Source: Nanobdellota archaeon
GTDB lineage: Archaea; Nanobdellota; Nanobdellia; Pacearchaeales; GW2011-AR1
NCBI GenBank assembly: GCA_030647965.1
Contig: JAUSIT010000016.1
Coordinates: 8,429 to 72,428 of the forward strand
DNA length: 64,000 nt
Direction of reading: 5' to 3'
Shown: positions 49,836-59,903 of the stretch, piece by piece
Layout of the letters: every line of letters begins with the position of its first letter
Numbering within the stretch: the stretch's first letter is position 1
Made by a program: the position numbers and the translations under genes
The notes under the pieces: model-generated
Seen by the model: only the letters and a program-made list of their open reading frames with translations
Told to the model about the DNA's origin: nothing
Database searches by the model: none

Positions 49836-50075
49836 GTGAAAGCTCTTATGATTGCTTTGCCTATCTGGGCGTGGATTATTGTTACGCTCATCGCTGTTTT
49901 TATTCTCTGGAACATTCTCGCCATCATCGGTGCGATCATCGGCCTGTTGTTCTGGGTCATCGGTTCGCTCATCCATTCCATCATCACTCTCGGCATTATC
50001 GGCCTGATTATTTGGGGCGGATACAAAGTCTGGAACTGGGTGAAAAACACCATCGGCAAGGAAACCATTTCGTAA
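49836..50075 (+). CDS. small membrane protein
   Basis: RBS AAGGAG, GTG start, very hydrophobic. Confidence 0.65.
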   Translation: MKALMIALPIWAWIIVTLIAVFILWNILAIIGAIIGLLFWVIGSLIHSIITLGIIGLIIWGGYKVWNWVKNTIGKETIS

Positions 50076-50193
50076 TCTTCACACCGCCGCGAGAGAGCCT
50101 GATGATTAATTCTGAGCATTGGGCTCTCTTGCTTTTTTCAAAAAAGAAAAAGAAACGAGCAGTACATTTACAAAAAACAAAAGAGGCAATAAA

Positions 50194-50319
50194 ATGTTAA
50201 GCTTGAAGAAAAAGATTGAAGCCAGAATCAGACTCCGTGTTTTTCTGGTAGCAAAATATGGAAAGCGCTGGTACAAACGCCCGCAATTTTTAAGATTAAT
50301 TAATAAGCGGACCAAGTGA
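50194..50319 (+). CDS. small basic protein
   Basis: RBS GAGG; Lys/Arg-rich. Confidence 0.4.
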   Translation: MLSLKKKIEARIRLRVFLVAKYGKRWYKRPQFLRLINKRTK

Positions 50320-50353
50320 AAACAATTTTACAATTTGAAGGGAGGTGAAAAAA

Positions 50354-50731
50354 ATGTCAAAGATGAATATCAGTACATCTCTACTGCTAATCCTTGCCAC
50401 AATGACTTTAATTCTTCTTGGTGCCGGATTTATTGAGCTGATAAAAATCGCAATATTATTAACTATAACCATTGCTTTTGTTCATGGCATAGTTAATTTT
50501 AAAATAAATTTCGGCAAAAAAGCATTGATCACATCGATTAGCAATAAAGTTACCATCTGTTTAAGTTTGGCAATACTATTGTTTTTCTTTGGAGGGCCAT
50601 TAGTGTTGCCTGTTAAATTATTTATATTAGTCTTTTTTGGAGAATTTGCAATATATGGAATCTGGATTTATGTAAAAAATAAATTCTTCAACAAGACTAT
50701 CCCGCCGACAACTCCTCCTGCATCAGCGTAA
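50354..50731 (+). CDS. membrane protein
   Basis: RBS GGGAGGTGA, four TM segments, Pro-rich tail. Confidence 0.65.
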   Translation: MSKMNISTSLLLILATMTLILLGAGFIELIKIAILLTITIAFVHGIVNFKINFGKKALITSISNKVTICLSLAILLFFFGGPLVLPVKLFILVFFGEFAIYGIWIYVKNKFFNKTIPPTTPPASA

Positions 50732-50998
50732 CATCTTCGTCAAGAGAGGCATTATAGTTCTATTATATAGTGCCTCTCTAAATTGAAAACAATTTAACTT
50801 TTGAAGGGAGGTGAACAATATGCGACGATGTTTCTACTCCAACCATAGAATGAGATAACCTACCTCAGGCGGTCCCCCGACATAATCCAAAGAGATTACA
50901 AGTCGGGACGCGTTACAAAAAAAGTTTTACAAAAATCGTTCTTGTTATGATTTTCAAAAGAGGGTTTGATATCTGAAATATTGAGCCCTCTTTAATTT

Positions 50999-51027
50999 TT
51001 GAAAATAATTATTTGTTTTAATATAGA
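50999..51027 (+). promoter_or_regulatory. sigma70-like promoter
   Basis: TTGAAA-N17-TATAGA after a hairpin. Confidence 0.55.
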
Positions 51028-51084
51028 AAAAAATTAGCAGTGAGCAAACAATTTTTATAGGAGAAAAAAGAAAAGAGGTGAAAA

Positions 51085-51354
51085 ATGAAAACAATTTTTG
51101 TAGTACTTCTCCTCATTGCAGCAATTATTTTTCTAATAGTTGATTGCAATGAAAAAAGAAAAATCAGAAAGATTCAAAGGAGAAAGATCATGACCCAAAC
51201 CAAAGACGACCTCAGCATGACATCGTTTGGCATTCCTTACAGTCAACTCGATGATGAAAGGAGAAAACACATCGATCTGCTTTTTGCTCGACAGATTTAT
51301 CAAGAAGTCAAACCCCCACGAATTAACCTTAAGAAAGAAAGAGGGATGCAATGA
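51085..51354 (+). CDS. membrane-anchored hypothetical protein
   Basis: RBS GAGGTGA, N-terminal TM. Confidence 0.6.
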   Translation: MKTIFVVLLLIAAIIFLIVDCNEKRKIRKIQRRKIMTQTKDDLSMTSFGIPYSQLDDERRKHIDLLFARQIYQEVKPPRINLKKERGMQ

Positions 51355-52079
51355 TAACTCGCAAAGTACAGATTATCGTCGCGCTGTTTTCTATTCTCTT
51401 TGTTTTGACTGCCCTTTCCATTGTTGGCCCTTGCAGCAAGGCTAACGGTGAAAACGCCAAGACTGAAACTCCGATTACTGCAAGCTGGGACAACACCTAT
51501 TCCAGCAAGTATGTATTCTGGGGAATCCAATTCAGCAACAAGGATGTCTATCAATCGCTCATCACTATTAACAAAGGGCATTCCACACTCTTTGTTTTCA
51601 GCAACAGGGATTTCGAAACCTCGACGTGGAATGAACACGATGTGTTTTTCGATTACACAACTCCTATCAACAAAATGGTAAATATGTCAGCGGGCTACAA
51701 CTATTACAACTGCCGGCTCGGCGACTGGGAAAGCTATAACGAAATTTACATTGGCGCCAGTTTCAATACTTTCCTCTCGCCGGCAATCAGCTATCACAAT
51801 ATTTTCGGCTTTGAAAACGGAAATTACTTCGAGGCCAGTGTATCCAAAAGCTTCCAGATCAACGACAAGATTACTCTTTTATCTTCTGGAAAACTTGGAT
51901 ACAACGACAAAGCATTCAGAACAGCCACGGATTTTAGCCATACTGAATGGGGAATATCTGCACCGATTACATATCTTCCCCATTTCATAATCTCACCGTT
52001 TGCAAAGTATTCATTTGCCCTGGCTGATGATCTCAAGAATGTTTTCTACGGCGGTGCGACTGCAAGTTACAAGTTCTGA
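51351..52079 (+). CDS. outer-membrane beta-barrel protein (TorF/MipA-like)
   Basis: signal peptide, SKYVFWG...Q, E.D, GYNYY, terminal SYKF. Confidence 0.7.
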   Translation: MITRKVQIIVALFSILFVLTALSIVGPCSKANGENAKTETPITASWDNTYSSKYVFWGIQFSNKDVYQSLITINKGHSTLFVFSNRDFETSTWNEHDVFFDYTTPINKMVNMSAGYNYYNCRLGDWESYNEIYIGASFNTFLSPAISYHNIFGFENGNYFEASVSKSFQINDKITLLSSGKLGYNDKAFRTATDFSHTEWGISAPITYLPHFIISPFAKYSFALADDLKNVFYGGATASYKF

Positions 52080-52198
52080 TTCTTTTACGGCGGACAAGAG
52101 AGGCATTATAGTTCTATTATATAGTGCCTCTCTGAATTTTAGCAAACAGCAAAGAGCAAACAACATCACAAACAAACTTTTTCACGAGGAGAATCATC

Positions 52199-52684
52199 AT
52201 GTTTGGAAAATTCACATCTTTTGTGATCGCACTTATAATCACTTCCATTGTGGCGATCGGGATTTATCACAACAAAATCAATTATAATACTATTTTCAAC
52301 GAAGAAGAAATTTCGTCAAGCATTGAAGAGCCCACAAACGAATTAATTACTTTTAATATTCCTGTAATATTTGCTGATGGGGCTCAAGGACAAGTCAAAG
52401 GAATATTTTATTATCATTATTCAAATTTATTTGATTCATCAGAAATTAAAGTAATTAAAGATCGTAAAATGTTCCTCCTGAATGAAATCCACAAGGCATT
52501 ATGGATTATTGCAGTAAATTTTACTGCACCAATAACTCTTGATGAAAAAAAGAAATATGTTTCAGAGGTAATTTCTACAATCAACGAAAATCCAAGATTC
52601 AAAGATTCTAATCTCAAAATCTGGTTTATTGATTTTGGTCAAATTAAGCCCGGAGTTTTTGATCAAGGTCTTTTAATTCAGTAA
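52199..52684 (+). CDS. membrane-anchored hypothetical protein
   Basis: RBS GAGGAG, N-terminal TM. Confidence 0.6.
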   Translation: MFGKFTSFVIALIITSIVAIGIYHNKINYNTIFNEEEISSSIEEPTNELITFNIPVIFADGAQGQVKGIFYYHYSNLFDSSEIKVIKDRKMFLLNEIHKALWIIAVNFTAPITLDEKKKYVSEVISTINENPRFKDSNLKIWFIDFGQIKPGVFDQGLLIQ

Positions 52685-52768
52685 CCTTCCAGCGTTCAGA
52701 ATTGAGCAAAAACTTTTCTAAGAAAGGGGAACAATATGAAAATCCAAAAAAGAAGGGAGGTGAAAAAC

Positions 52769-53251
52769 ATGAAAAGATTTTTCTCATTCGCAACAATCTT
52801 GATAACATTGTTGCTTAGTTTGATTACGGGCTGTAGTGAAAATAATGAATCAAATTATAATAACTTCAGCTCAGATTCAGACTCAACAAAAACAGGGACC
52901 TCAATAGATTCGCTCAAAACCCCTGTTTCAATACTGACTGGAAAGATTGTCCAAATTCAAACAGGCAGTTTAATTGTCTATACAGGAAATGGATATGTCT
53001 TCCATGAATTCAAATATGTAATGGTCGAAGGAACTGATGGGGGATTTTATATTCTTATTTATCCCTATGCTGTGAAAGCAATCTGGGAAAAAGAAGCAAC
53101 TATAAAATTCAGGCCGTTACATAACGGGCAAATTGATTCAAACACCTTTATCAATCTTTTTCTATTCTCCCGCAATGATGCTTCATTCATTAATCATCTG
53201 CCAATCGAAGCAGATGGCATCATTATCAACAACGGAATTCAATACAAGTAA
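52769..53251 (+). CDS. putative lipoprotein
   Basis: LITGC lipobox; alternative in-frame start at 52736. Confidence 0.65.
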   Translation: MKRFFSFATILITLLLSLITGCSENNESNYNNFSSDSDSTKTGTSIDSLKTPVSILTGKIVQIQTGSLIVYTGNGYVFHEFKYVMVEGTDGGFYILIYPYAVKAIWEKEATIKFRPLHNGQIDSNTFINLFLFSRNDASFINHLPIEADGIIINNGIQYK

Positions 53252-53292
53252 CAGATTTTACAATCAACAGATTTTACAATCAACAGATTTTA
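53250..53292. repeat. tandem repeat AACAGATTTTACAATC x ~2.7
   Basis: direct reading of the sequence. Confidence 0.85.
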
Positions 53293-53347
53293 AATTGGAG
53301 AAGGAGGAATTTATGAAAATCCAAAAACGAAGGGAGGTGAACAAATT

Positions 53348-53584
53348 ATGTGGATACTCCTCGAATGGTGTTTGGTAATCACAGTCGCAGTGTTTATCAT
53401 AAGCCAGATAATCCTCCCGCCCTTTATTAACAAGCGTTTTTTCTGGATTCTTCGGAAAAAAGAGAAAAAGCTCGATGCTGTTGGAAACGAGCTGATTGAT
53501 GCGCAGGTTGATTTAGAAGTGGCTGAAACTCGTGCGGCAGTCAAGAAAGTTCTGGATAAAACCAGTAAATTGAATCACAAGTAA
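53348..53584 (+). CDS. small membrane protein with coiled tail (SPFH partner)
   Basis: TM, SQIILP...FW motif, directly upstream of the SPFH gene. Confidence 0.65.
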   Translation: MWILLEWCLVITVAVFIISQIILPPFINKRFFWILRKKEKKLDAVGNELIDAQVDLEVAETRAAVKKVLDKTSKLNHK

Positions 53585-53643
53585 CAAAAATCTATTCATT
53601 CTTTTTCATTCACTTTTTTTCATATCTATCAAGGAGCTTTTCA

Positions 53644-54966
53644 ATGAATACTCCCACTCAGTATCGCGGGCTCAACCCCAAGGCTATTCTCCTCTCGATT
53701 CTCGGAGTAATCGCCCTCATCATCATGTTTTTCGCGTCCAAGACCATTTTCGAGAATGTCGACGCAGGGGAAATCGTCATCATCCAGGATCCGATTGATG
53801 GAGACCTTCATTTCTATACTGCCCAGGGTATGAAATTCCAGAAATTCGGCAAGGTCACCAAGTATCAGAAATCTTTCCAGTACTGGTTCAGTGTTGCGAC
53901 CGACCAGGGGAAAAAGCTTGACCAGTCCATCAAAATCCGCTACAACGACGGTGGTCATGCCCAAATCTCTGGAAGTGTGAGATGCGATCTTCCAATGGAT
54001 AATGAACATCTCACGTTGATTCATACCAAACTCGGCTCCCAAGTGGCACTTGAACACGAACTCGTTCGGCCGGTTTATGAAAAAGCCATTTATATGACTG
54101 GTCCGCTCATGTCTTCAAAAGAAAGCTATGCTGAAAAACGAAACATGATGATTTCGTACATCGAGGACCAGGCCAACTTAGGAGTTTATAAAACCGTCTC
54201 CAAAGAAGTAAAAGGAATTGACCCCATCACTGACGTCGAAAAAACTGTCACCCAGGTTGAGCTTGTGAAAGCTGACAACGCTCCTGGTAAAATCGCCCGT
54301 GAAGAAATTTCTCCTTTACAAACTTTTGGAGTCAAGGCCTATAACCTCAGTATAAATTCCATTACCTACGACGGCACTGTTGAAGCCCAGATCTCTTCCC
54401 AACAGAAAGCTATCATGGAAGTTCAAACGGCAATGGCCGAGGCCAAGAAAGCTGAACAGCGGGCGATCACTGTGACCAAAGAAGGTGAAGCCAATGCTGC
54501 CAAGTCCAAGTGGGAGCAGGAAGTCATCAAGGCCAAGATGGTTACTGAAGCTCAGCAGAAACTTGAAGTTGCTGAACTTGACCGCAAAGCGGCCGAACAA
54601 ACCAAACAACAGCAAATTCTTCTGGGCCAGGGTGAAGCTGAACGGAAGCGGCTGGTCATGTCTGCTGATGGTGCCCTCGAGAAAAAGCTCGAGACATATG
54701 CAGATGTCATGAAAACATTTGCTACTGAATTCGCTAAGCAAAAATGGGTGCCTGAAACTCTTCTTATGACTGGCGGAGAATCTGGTGGCAAGCAGTACAG
54801 CCCTGTAATGGATATGATGAATATGTTCATGGTCAAGACTGCTCGTGACCTCAATCTCGATATGACCATTCCTGCCGGACGAACAGTCAGAAGCCCTAGT
54901 TCAACCGACACATCTGAAGCGAAATCCGTGCCTGCATCTGGGTCAAGACCTTCCTCGAAGAAGTAA
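53644..54966 (+). CDS. SPFH/Band-7 domain protein
   Basis: N-terminal TM, VDAGEIVIIQ, Ala/Glu-rich coiled coil. Confidence 0.85.
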   Translation: MNTPTQYRGLNPKAILLSILGVIALIIMFFASKTIFENVDAGEIVIIQDPIDGDLHFYTAQGMKFQKFGKVTKYQKSFQYWFSVATDQGKKLDQSIKIRYNDGGHAQISGSVRCDLPMDNEHLTLIHTKLGSQVALEHELVRPVYEKAIYMTGPLMSSKESYAEKRNMMISYIEDQANLGVYKTVSKEVKGIDPITDVEKTVTQVELVKADNAPGKIAREEISPLQTFGVKAYNLSINSITYDGTVEAQISSQQKAIMEVQTAMAEAKKAEQRAITVTKEGEANAAKSKWEQEVIKAKMVTEAQQKLEVAELDRKAAEQTKQQQILLGQGEAERKRLVMSADGALEKKLETYADVMKTFATEFAKQKWVPETLLMTGGESGGKQYSPVMDMMNMFMVKTARDLNLDMTIPAGRTVRSPSSTDTSEAKSVPASGSRPSSKK

Positions 54967-55022
54967 CACTCTGCATCGTCAAAGAGAGGCATTATAGTTC
55001 TATTATATAGTGCCTCTCTGAT

Positions 55023-55051
55023 TTGAAAATAATTATTTGTTTTAATATAAA
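55023..55051 (+). promoter_or_regulatory. sigma70-like promoter
   Basis: TTGAAA-N17-TATAAA after a hairpin. Confidence 0.55.
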
Positions 55052-55106
55052 TAGAATTTAGCAATGAGCAAAAACTTTTAAAAACAATCAAAAAACGAGG
55101 CGTGTC

Positions 55107-55634
55107 ATGAAAAAGATTATTATTACTCAAGTGATTACGACAATCATTTTTCTGTCAGTATTTTTTATTGCTTCATATCTGACAAATAGTGCTATGTCGA
55201 TTTTTGCTGCACTAGCTATTGCAGGAGTAGCAATCAGTTTTGCAAGTGTTGCAATATCTCCATCTAGTAAAATAGAAGATGCTGCACTTCTTAGCGTCAT
55301 AGTAGGACTTACTGCTATGAGCGCTGCTCTTGCTTGCAGATATCCTGTTCATGATGATACATTTATCCTAACTGTTTTAATTCTTATTCTTTTAATAACA
55401 ATTTTAACAGCTTTTGGAATAAAAGCTATTGCTGAAAAACTCAATATTAATAATGAAAGGATATTATTTACTAGTTATTTAATGCAGTTTTCTGTAATAT
55501 TTTTTCCCATGCTAAACGCTGAAGTTGATTTAATATTGAAAACAATAATAATATTAATCACTCTTGCAGGTATTGGATGGATTCTGTTCAAATATCTTAA
55601 TGGTGATTTTAGCAAAAAACATGAAGGGAGGTGA
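55107..55634 (+). CDS. multi-pass membrane protein
   Basis: about six TM segments. Confidence 0.65.
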   Translation: MKKIIITQVITTIIFLSVFFIASYLTNSAMSIFAALAIAGVAISFASVAISPSSKIEDAALLSVIVGLTAMSAALACRYPVHDDTFILTVLILILLITILTAFGIKAIAEKLNINNERILFTSYLMQFSVIFFPMLNAEVDLILKTIIILITLAGIGWILFKYLNGDFSKKHEGR

Positions 55635-55772
55635 AAAATATGCTAGGTATAATGGTTCCAATATGCATTCTTCTTTGGATTCTCGCAGCGTTGCTGATAC
55701 TACTATGACGCTAACCCCTCAAGAAAGGAGAAAATAGTTATGAAAATCCGAAAAAGGGGGGAGGTGAATAAT

Positions 55773-55964
55773 ATGAATCTGGACGTAAACTCATGTCTTA
55801 TCGGAGTAATAATAACAGTAGCAGTTTACACTATATTGATTATCTTTTTTGCCAAGGATAATATCAACAATAACATTATCAAATTCAAAACCAAATGTCC
55901 GAGTTGTGGTCATGAAATCACCGAAGACAGAAAGGTAGAAGTGGGATTAAAAATTTCTGAATAA
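55773..55964 (+). CDS. small membrane-anchored Zn-knuckle protein
   Basis: TM plus CPSCGH; alternative in-frame start at 55740. Confidence 0.5.
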   Translation: MNLDVNSCLIGVIITVAVYTILIIFFAKDNINNNIIKFKTKCPSCGHEITEDRKVEVGLKISE

Positions 55965-56037
55965 CAATCAGAAAAGTAAGAAATTATTTTCACGAAAATA
56001 AAACATCAACATTTTTTCTTTAAGGAGGTGAATTTAT

Positions 56038-56316
56038 TTGAGTGACATGAGGGCAATAGTACAAAGTATTATTCCTGTAGGAGAGCACGGGCCATATGTT
56101 GTAACAACTCTTGACCCAAACTCTGACCGTCTGATATCTGGCTCTATAACATTTTCACTTAGTTCAGATGTCTGGAAAGAAAAAAGATGGCCAACTCCAG
56201 GAACATTTGTTATGCTCAACTATCTTTCTAGAAAACCAGCAGGATGGAGAGCAGAACAAGCAAGACTTTATACTCCTGAAGACGAAGCAATGTTAACAAA
56301 ACCACCACAATCTTAA
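56038..56316 (+). CDS. small OB-fold-like hypothetical protein
   Basis: RBS AAGGAGGTG; HGPY...SITFSL...W...P..G...GWRA. Confidence 0.6.
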   Translation: MSDMRAIVQSIIPVGEHGPYVVTTLDPNSDRLISGSITFSLSSDVWKEKRWPTPGTFVMLNYLSRKPAGWRAEQARLYTPEDEAMLTKPPQS

Positions 56317-56347
56317 CACAACAATCTAAAACGTGAAAGGAAAGAAC

Positions 56348-57037
56348 ATGGAATCAGAACCGAAACCTGAAAAAAGAGGATTTGGTCAAAGACTCATGAG
56401 GATAATTTTTGAAGATGAAGAAAAACCTTCCACTCAACAATCTTCCCAGGTCAACAAAAATCCTGATTCACCAACTCCGGCGCCTGTAGGAAATTTTGTT
56501 TCTCCTACGCCGACATCAACACCTGCACCTTTTATTTCTGGAAGTGCTGTGGACAAACAGCTTCTTGATTTTCTGAGAAGTCAAGTGAACAAAGCAGCAC
56601 CAGGAGTATTTTCACAATTCCAAACTCTGTTAGACAATCTTTCAAGTGTACTAACAGATCGTGCTCTTCTTTTCAGGGCTGCTTTCAAAGCTGCTGAAAC
56701 AGGCCACCAGATGAAAAAAGAAACTCTCGTGGCTGCTTTTCAGGCCAGACTTCAAATCCTCGAAAGTGAAAAACAAAAATTCGAGGAAGGAGTTGAAGCC
56801 CGGAGGAAAGAAGTAGTGGAAGGTAAGGAAAAACAAGTCAATCAGGTCAGCATTCAGATTGAAGAAATGAGCAATCAACTTTTAAAAGCTCAGGAATTGC
56901 TCAAGACCCTTACCAACGAAATCACTGAGCAAAATCAAAAAATCGAGACAAAGCAGAGAGAATTTCAGCTGGCTCATGCAGCTCTCGAAGCTGAACTCAT
57001 CAATGATCTCAACAACATCACAACTCACCTCAAGTAA
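56348..57037 (+). CDS. coiled-coil protein with Pro-rich linker
   Basis: helical, long C-terminal coiled coil; first gene of the ABC/OmpA module. Confidence 0.75.
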   Translation: MESEPKPEKRGFGQRLMRIIFEDEEKPSTQQSSQVNKNPDSPTPAPVGNFVSPTPTSTPAPFISGSAVDKQLLDFLRSQVNKAAPGVFSQFQTLLDNLSSVLTDRALLFRAAFKAAETGHQMKKETLVAAFQARLQILESEKQKFEEGVEARRKEVVEGKEKQVNQVSIQIEEMSNQLLKAQELLKTLTNEITEQNQKIETKQREFQLAHAALEAELINDLNNITTHLK

Positions 57038-57069
57038 TAAGACAGCTTGCTGTCTAGAAAGGTTACAAA

Positions 57070-58146
57070 ATGAACTCTTCAAGTTTCACACCTAAATCGT
57101 TCTGGGAAAAACCCGAAGGAACATGGGGTATGGTTATTGGAGTTCTCGGAGCTCTTGGGCTCGGCTGGGTTCTTTACAAAGCCCTTCCGTTCATCATCGT
57201 GCTTCTCCAGAACGTTATCACTACAATACTCCTCGGCGTGGCTCTCTTCGCGATTCTCTGGGTGCTTTTTGACAAAAGATTCCAGATTCTGGTTTCTTCA
57301 ATGTACAAAAGCGCAGTGAGATTTATCGCCGGAATCTTTATCACCATCGACCCCATAGGTATTTTGAAAAACTATGTGGAGGGTCTCCAAGATAATCTGA
57401 ACAAGATGAGCACCCAGATCAGCAATCTTCGGGGGCAAATGCGCAATCTCGAAATTCTCATAAAACAAAACGAGAAAGAGCGCATCGATGCCCTTACCAT
57501 GGTCAAGAGAGCTCAAGAAGCTGGCAAAAGGGGAGTTGTTGTTCTCAAGGCCCGCAAAGCCGGCAGACTTGAAACTTCAAATGTCACGCTTCAGGACCTG
57601 TTCAATAAGATGGAATTATTGTTCAGAGTTCTGGAAAAAATGCGTGAGGCATCTGGACTTCTGATCGAAGATCTGGTTGATGAAATCGATGTCAAGTCTC
57701 GTGAGCGCAAAATGGTTTATGCTGGATGGTCTGCAATTCGTTCAGCTAAATCAATAATCAATGGTGAAAATGACAAGCGGGCAATGTTCGAGCAGACCAT
57801 GGATTATCTTGCTGCAGACTATGGTGAGAAAGTTGGCGAGATTGAAGATTTTGTCTCAATGTCTGCCGGCTTCCTCGATACCATTGACCTGCAGAACGGC
57901 GTCTATGAAGAAAACGCCATGAAGATGCTCGAAGAATGGGAAAGAAAGCCTGAGTCCATTCTTCTTGGCAATGACAACAAGCAGATTATCATCGCCGCAG
58001 CCAATGACCCGAATGATGTTTTCAATTTCGCGTTCGATATTAATGGAAAACCTGCTGACGCGAAGTTTGTGGAAATACCTCGGAAGACTGCAAAAGAGGG
58101 AGCTTCTGATGAAGGCTACCGCAAATTCCTCGACGATGATAAGTAA
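57070..58146 (+). CDS. membrane-anchored coiled-coil protein (PspA-like architecture)
   Basis: two TM segments, IDPIGILKNYV followed by a long coiled coil. Confidence 0.7.
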   Translation: MNSSSFTPKSFWEKPEGTWGMVIGVLGALGLGWVLYKALPFIIVLLQNVITTILLGVALFAILWVLFDKRFQILVSSMYKSAVRFIAGIFITIDPIGILKNYVEGLQDNLNKMSTQISNLRGQMRNLEILIKQNEKERIDALTMVKRAQEAGKRGVVVLKARKAGRLETSNVTLQDLFNKMELLFRVLEKMREASGLLIEDLVDEIDVKSRERKMVYAGWSAIRSAKSIINGENDKRAMFEQTMDYLAADYGEKVGEIEDFVSMSAGFLDTIDLQNGVYEENAMKMLEEWERKPESILLGNDNKQIIIAAANDPNDVFNFAFDINGKPADAKFVEIPRKTAKEGASDEGYRKFLDDDK

Positions 58147-58228
58147 TCTTCAAGAATTACACCTCTGATTCATCTGCATTACTCACAGATTTATTTTCAA
58201 ACACTCAACAAAACGCAGGAGTAGTACC

Positions 58229-59812
58229 ATGAAGATGAACCCGTTTCCCAAGTTTGTGCTGATTGCAGTTATTGTCAGCGCGATTATTTTTGGCATTATG
58301 CAGCTCATCAAAGTTCCGGCAGTCAAGAACCTGGTCGCTCCCGAGGGCAAACAGGCGACAACCAGTGTGAGCAAGGACGTCAAGAAGGCCATGAAGGACG
58401 GCGCTGAAATCGTCAACGTCGGTGTTGTAACCTGGGGTGGTTATGCTGGTGGCCAGTATTTCAACAATGGCTTCAACCCCTCGAAAGATTCCCGCTACTT
58501 TAGCGAGTATGGAATCTTTGTCAAGTTCCAGGTTTTGGATGATTTCAATGCATCCAGAGCTGCATGGAAAAAAGGCGAAGTCGACCTTATGTGGGTTACT
58601 GCCGACGCCTATCCTACTGAAACTGCTGGTCTTATCGACGCTGGTTACAACCCCAGATTCATTTTTCAGGCTGACTGGTCAAGAAAAGGTGATGCAATCG
58701 TCGCGATCAACGGCATCAATTCTGTCGCAGACCTCAGTGGGAAAAAAATCGCTGTTGCACCTGGAACCCCGTCGCACAGTCTGCTTCTGAAAACTCTCGA
58801 AGCCAATAACATGAGCTATGAAAATATTACTCCTGTTATCGTTCCCTCTGCAATCGACGCTGCTGCAATGTTCAAAGCAGGCAAAGTTGATGCTGCAGTA
58901 GTATGGAGCCCTGATGATGCAGACTGTGTGCGGACTGTTCGTGGTTCGAAAGTTTTGATTTCAACAGGAACAGCTCCGTTCATCATCGCCGACGGATTTT
59001 TCGTAAATGCTCAGACTCTCGAGAAGAAACACGATGCTATTGTCTCCTTTGTCGAGGGTTTTCTACGCGGCGCTGCTGAAATTAACACAGATCCGGCTGC
59101 AAAGCAGAAAGCCATTCAGATTCTCATGACTGGTCTGAATCTTGATCAGCAGCTTGCTGAAAATGCGATTAACAACGTCCGCCTGACTACCTTTGGTGAC
59201 AATCTGAATTTCTTTGGATTGAATCAGAGCTATACTGGTGTAAAAGGTGAAGACCTTTACAATCAGATGGGCAAAATGTACAGCTCAATCAAAGTCGGTG
59301 ACTCTTTCCTGGCGCCTTCAAATCTGCCTGCCTGGAGAAATGTTACTGATTTGAGTATTATTCGTGAAATCCAGTCTCGCGGAAAACTGACTTCTGCCGG
59401 CGATGCTGCTGAAGGTGAAATCAAATTTACCAAAGCCAGCCAGAAGGATATAACTGCTACTGCATTATCCAGGAAATCCCTGACAGTTACTTTTGCGACT
59501 GGCTCGGCGGCGTTGGATCAAAATGCCAAACTCATTATTGAAATGGGTTTTGTCGATATTGCCAAACAGTTTGCCAGTGCACGTATTCGCATCATCGGCC
59601 ATACTGATAATGTCGGAAGCAGGGAAGGAAATATTTCCCTTTCCAAGAAACGCGCGAAATCAGTCGCGGACTTTCTCGTCAGTGAATATGGCTTTGATTC
59701 CAATCGCTTTATCATCGACGGCAAAGGTCCTGATGAACCGGCAAGCACCAATGACACTGAAGAAGGACGCGCTGCAAACCGGAGAACTGAATTCCAGCTT
59801 CTGAACAACTGA
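58229..59812 (+). CDS. ABC substrate-binding protein (NMT1/SsuA-like) fused to an OmpA C-terminal domain
   Basis: TWGGY, DWSRKGD, DLSGKKIAV, AVVWSP; C-terminal GHTDNVG..N..LSKKRA, NRRTEF. Confidence 0.88.
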   Translation: MKMNPFPKFVLIAVIVSAIIFGIMQLIKVPAVKNLVAPEGKQATTSVSKDVKKAMKDGAEIVNVGVVTWGGYAGGQYFNNGFNPSKDSRYFSEYGIFVKFQVLDDFNASRAAWKKGEVDLMWVTADAYPTETAGLIDAGYNPRFIFQADWSRKGDAIVAINGINSVADLSGKKIAVAPGTPSHSLLLKTLEANNMSYENITPVIVPSAIDAAAMFKAGKVDAAVVWSPDDADCVRTVRGSKVLISTGTAPFIIADGFFVNAQTLEKKHDAIVSFVEGFLRGAAEINTDPAAKQKAIQILMTGLNLDQQLAENAINNVRLTTFGDNLNFFGLNQSYTGVKGEDLYNQMGKMYSSIKVGDSFLAPSNLPAWRNVTDLSIIREIQSRGKLTSAGDAAEGEIKFTKASQKDITATALSRKSLTVTFATGSAALDQNAKLIIEMGFVDIAKQFASARIRIIGHTDNVGSREGNISLSKKRAKSVADFLVSEYGFDSNRFIIDGKGPDEPASTNDTEEGRAANRRTEFQLLNN

Positions 59813-59903
59813 TTCAACCTCACATTTAAACCAGACTGAATAAAAGAGTGGGATAAATTTTGATATTTGTCTCACTCTTTAAATTTCAGAAAGCGAGTTT
59901 TTT

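Noticed and set aside
50868-50912. Hairpin CCCGAC...GTCGGG after a 12-codon ORF as an attenuator or riboswitch
   Set aside because: Single occurrence with no recognisable aptamer; insufficient support
54316-55130. Long minus-strand ORFs in the array (also 53641-54057, 59518-59823 and others)
   Set aside because: Antisense shadows of GC-richer + strand genes, with no RBS or motifs
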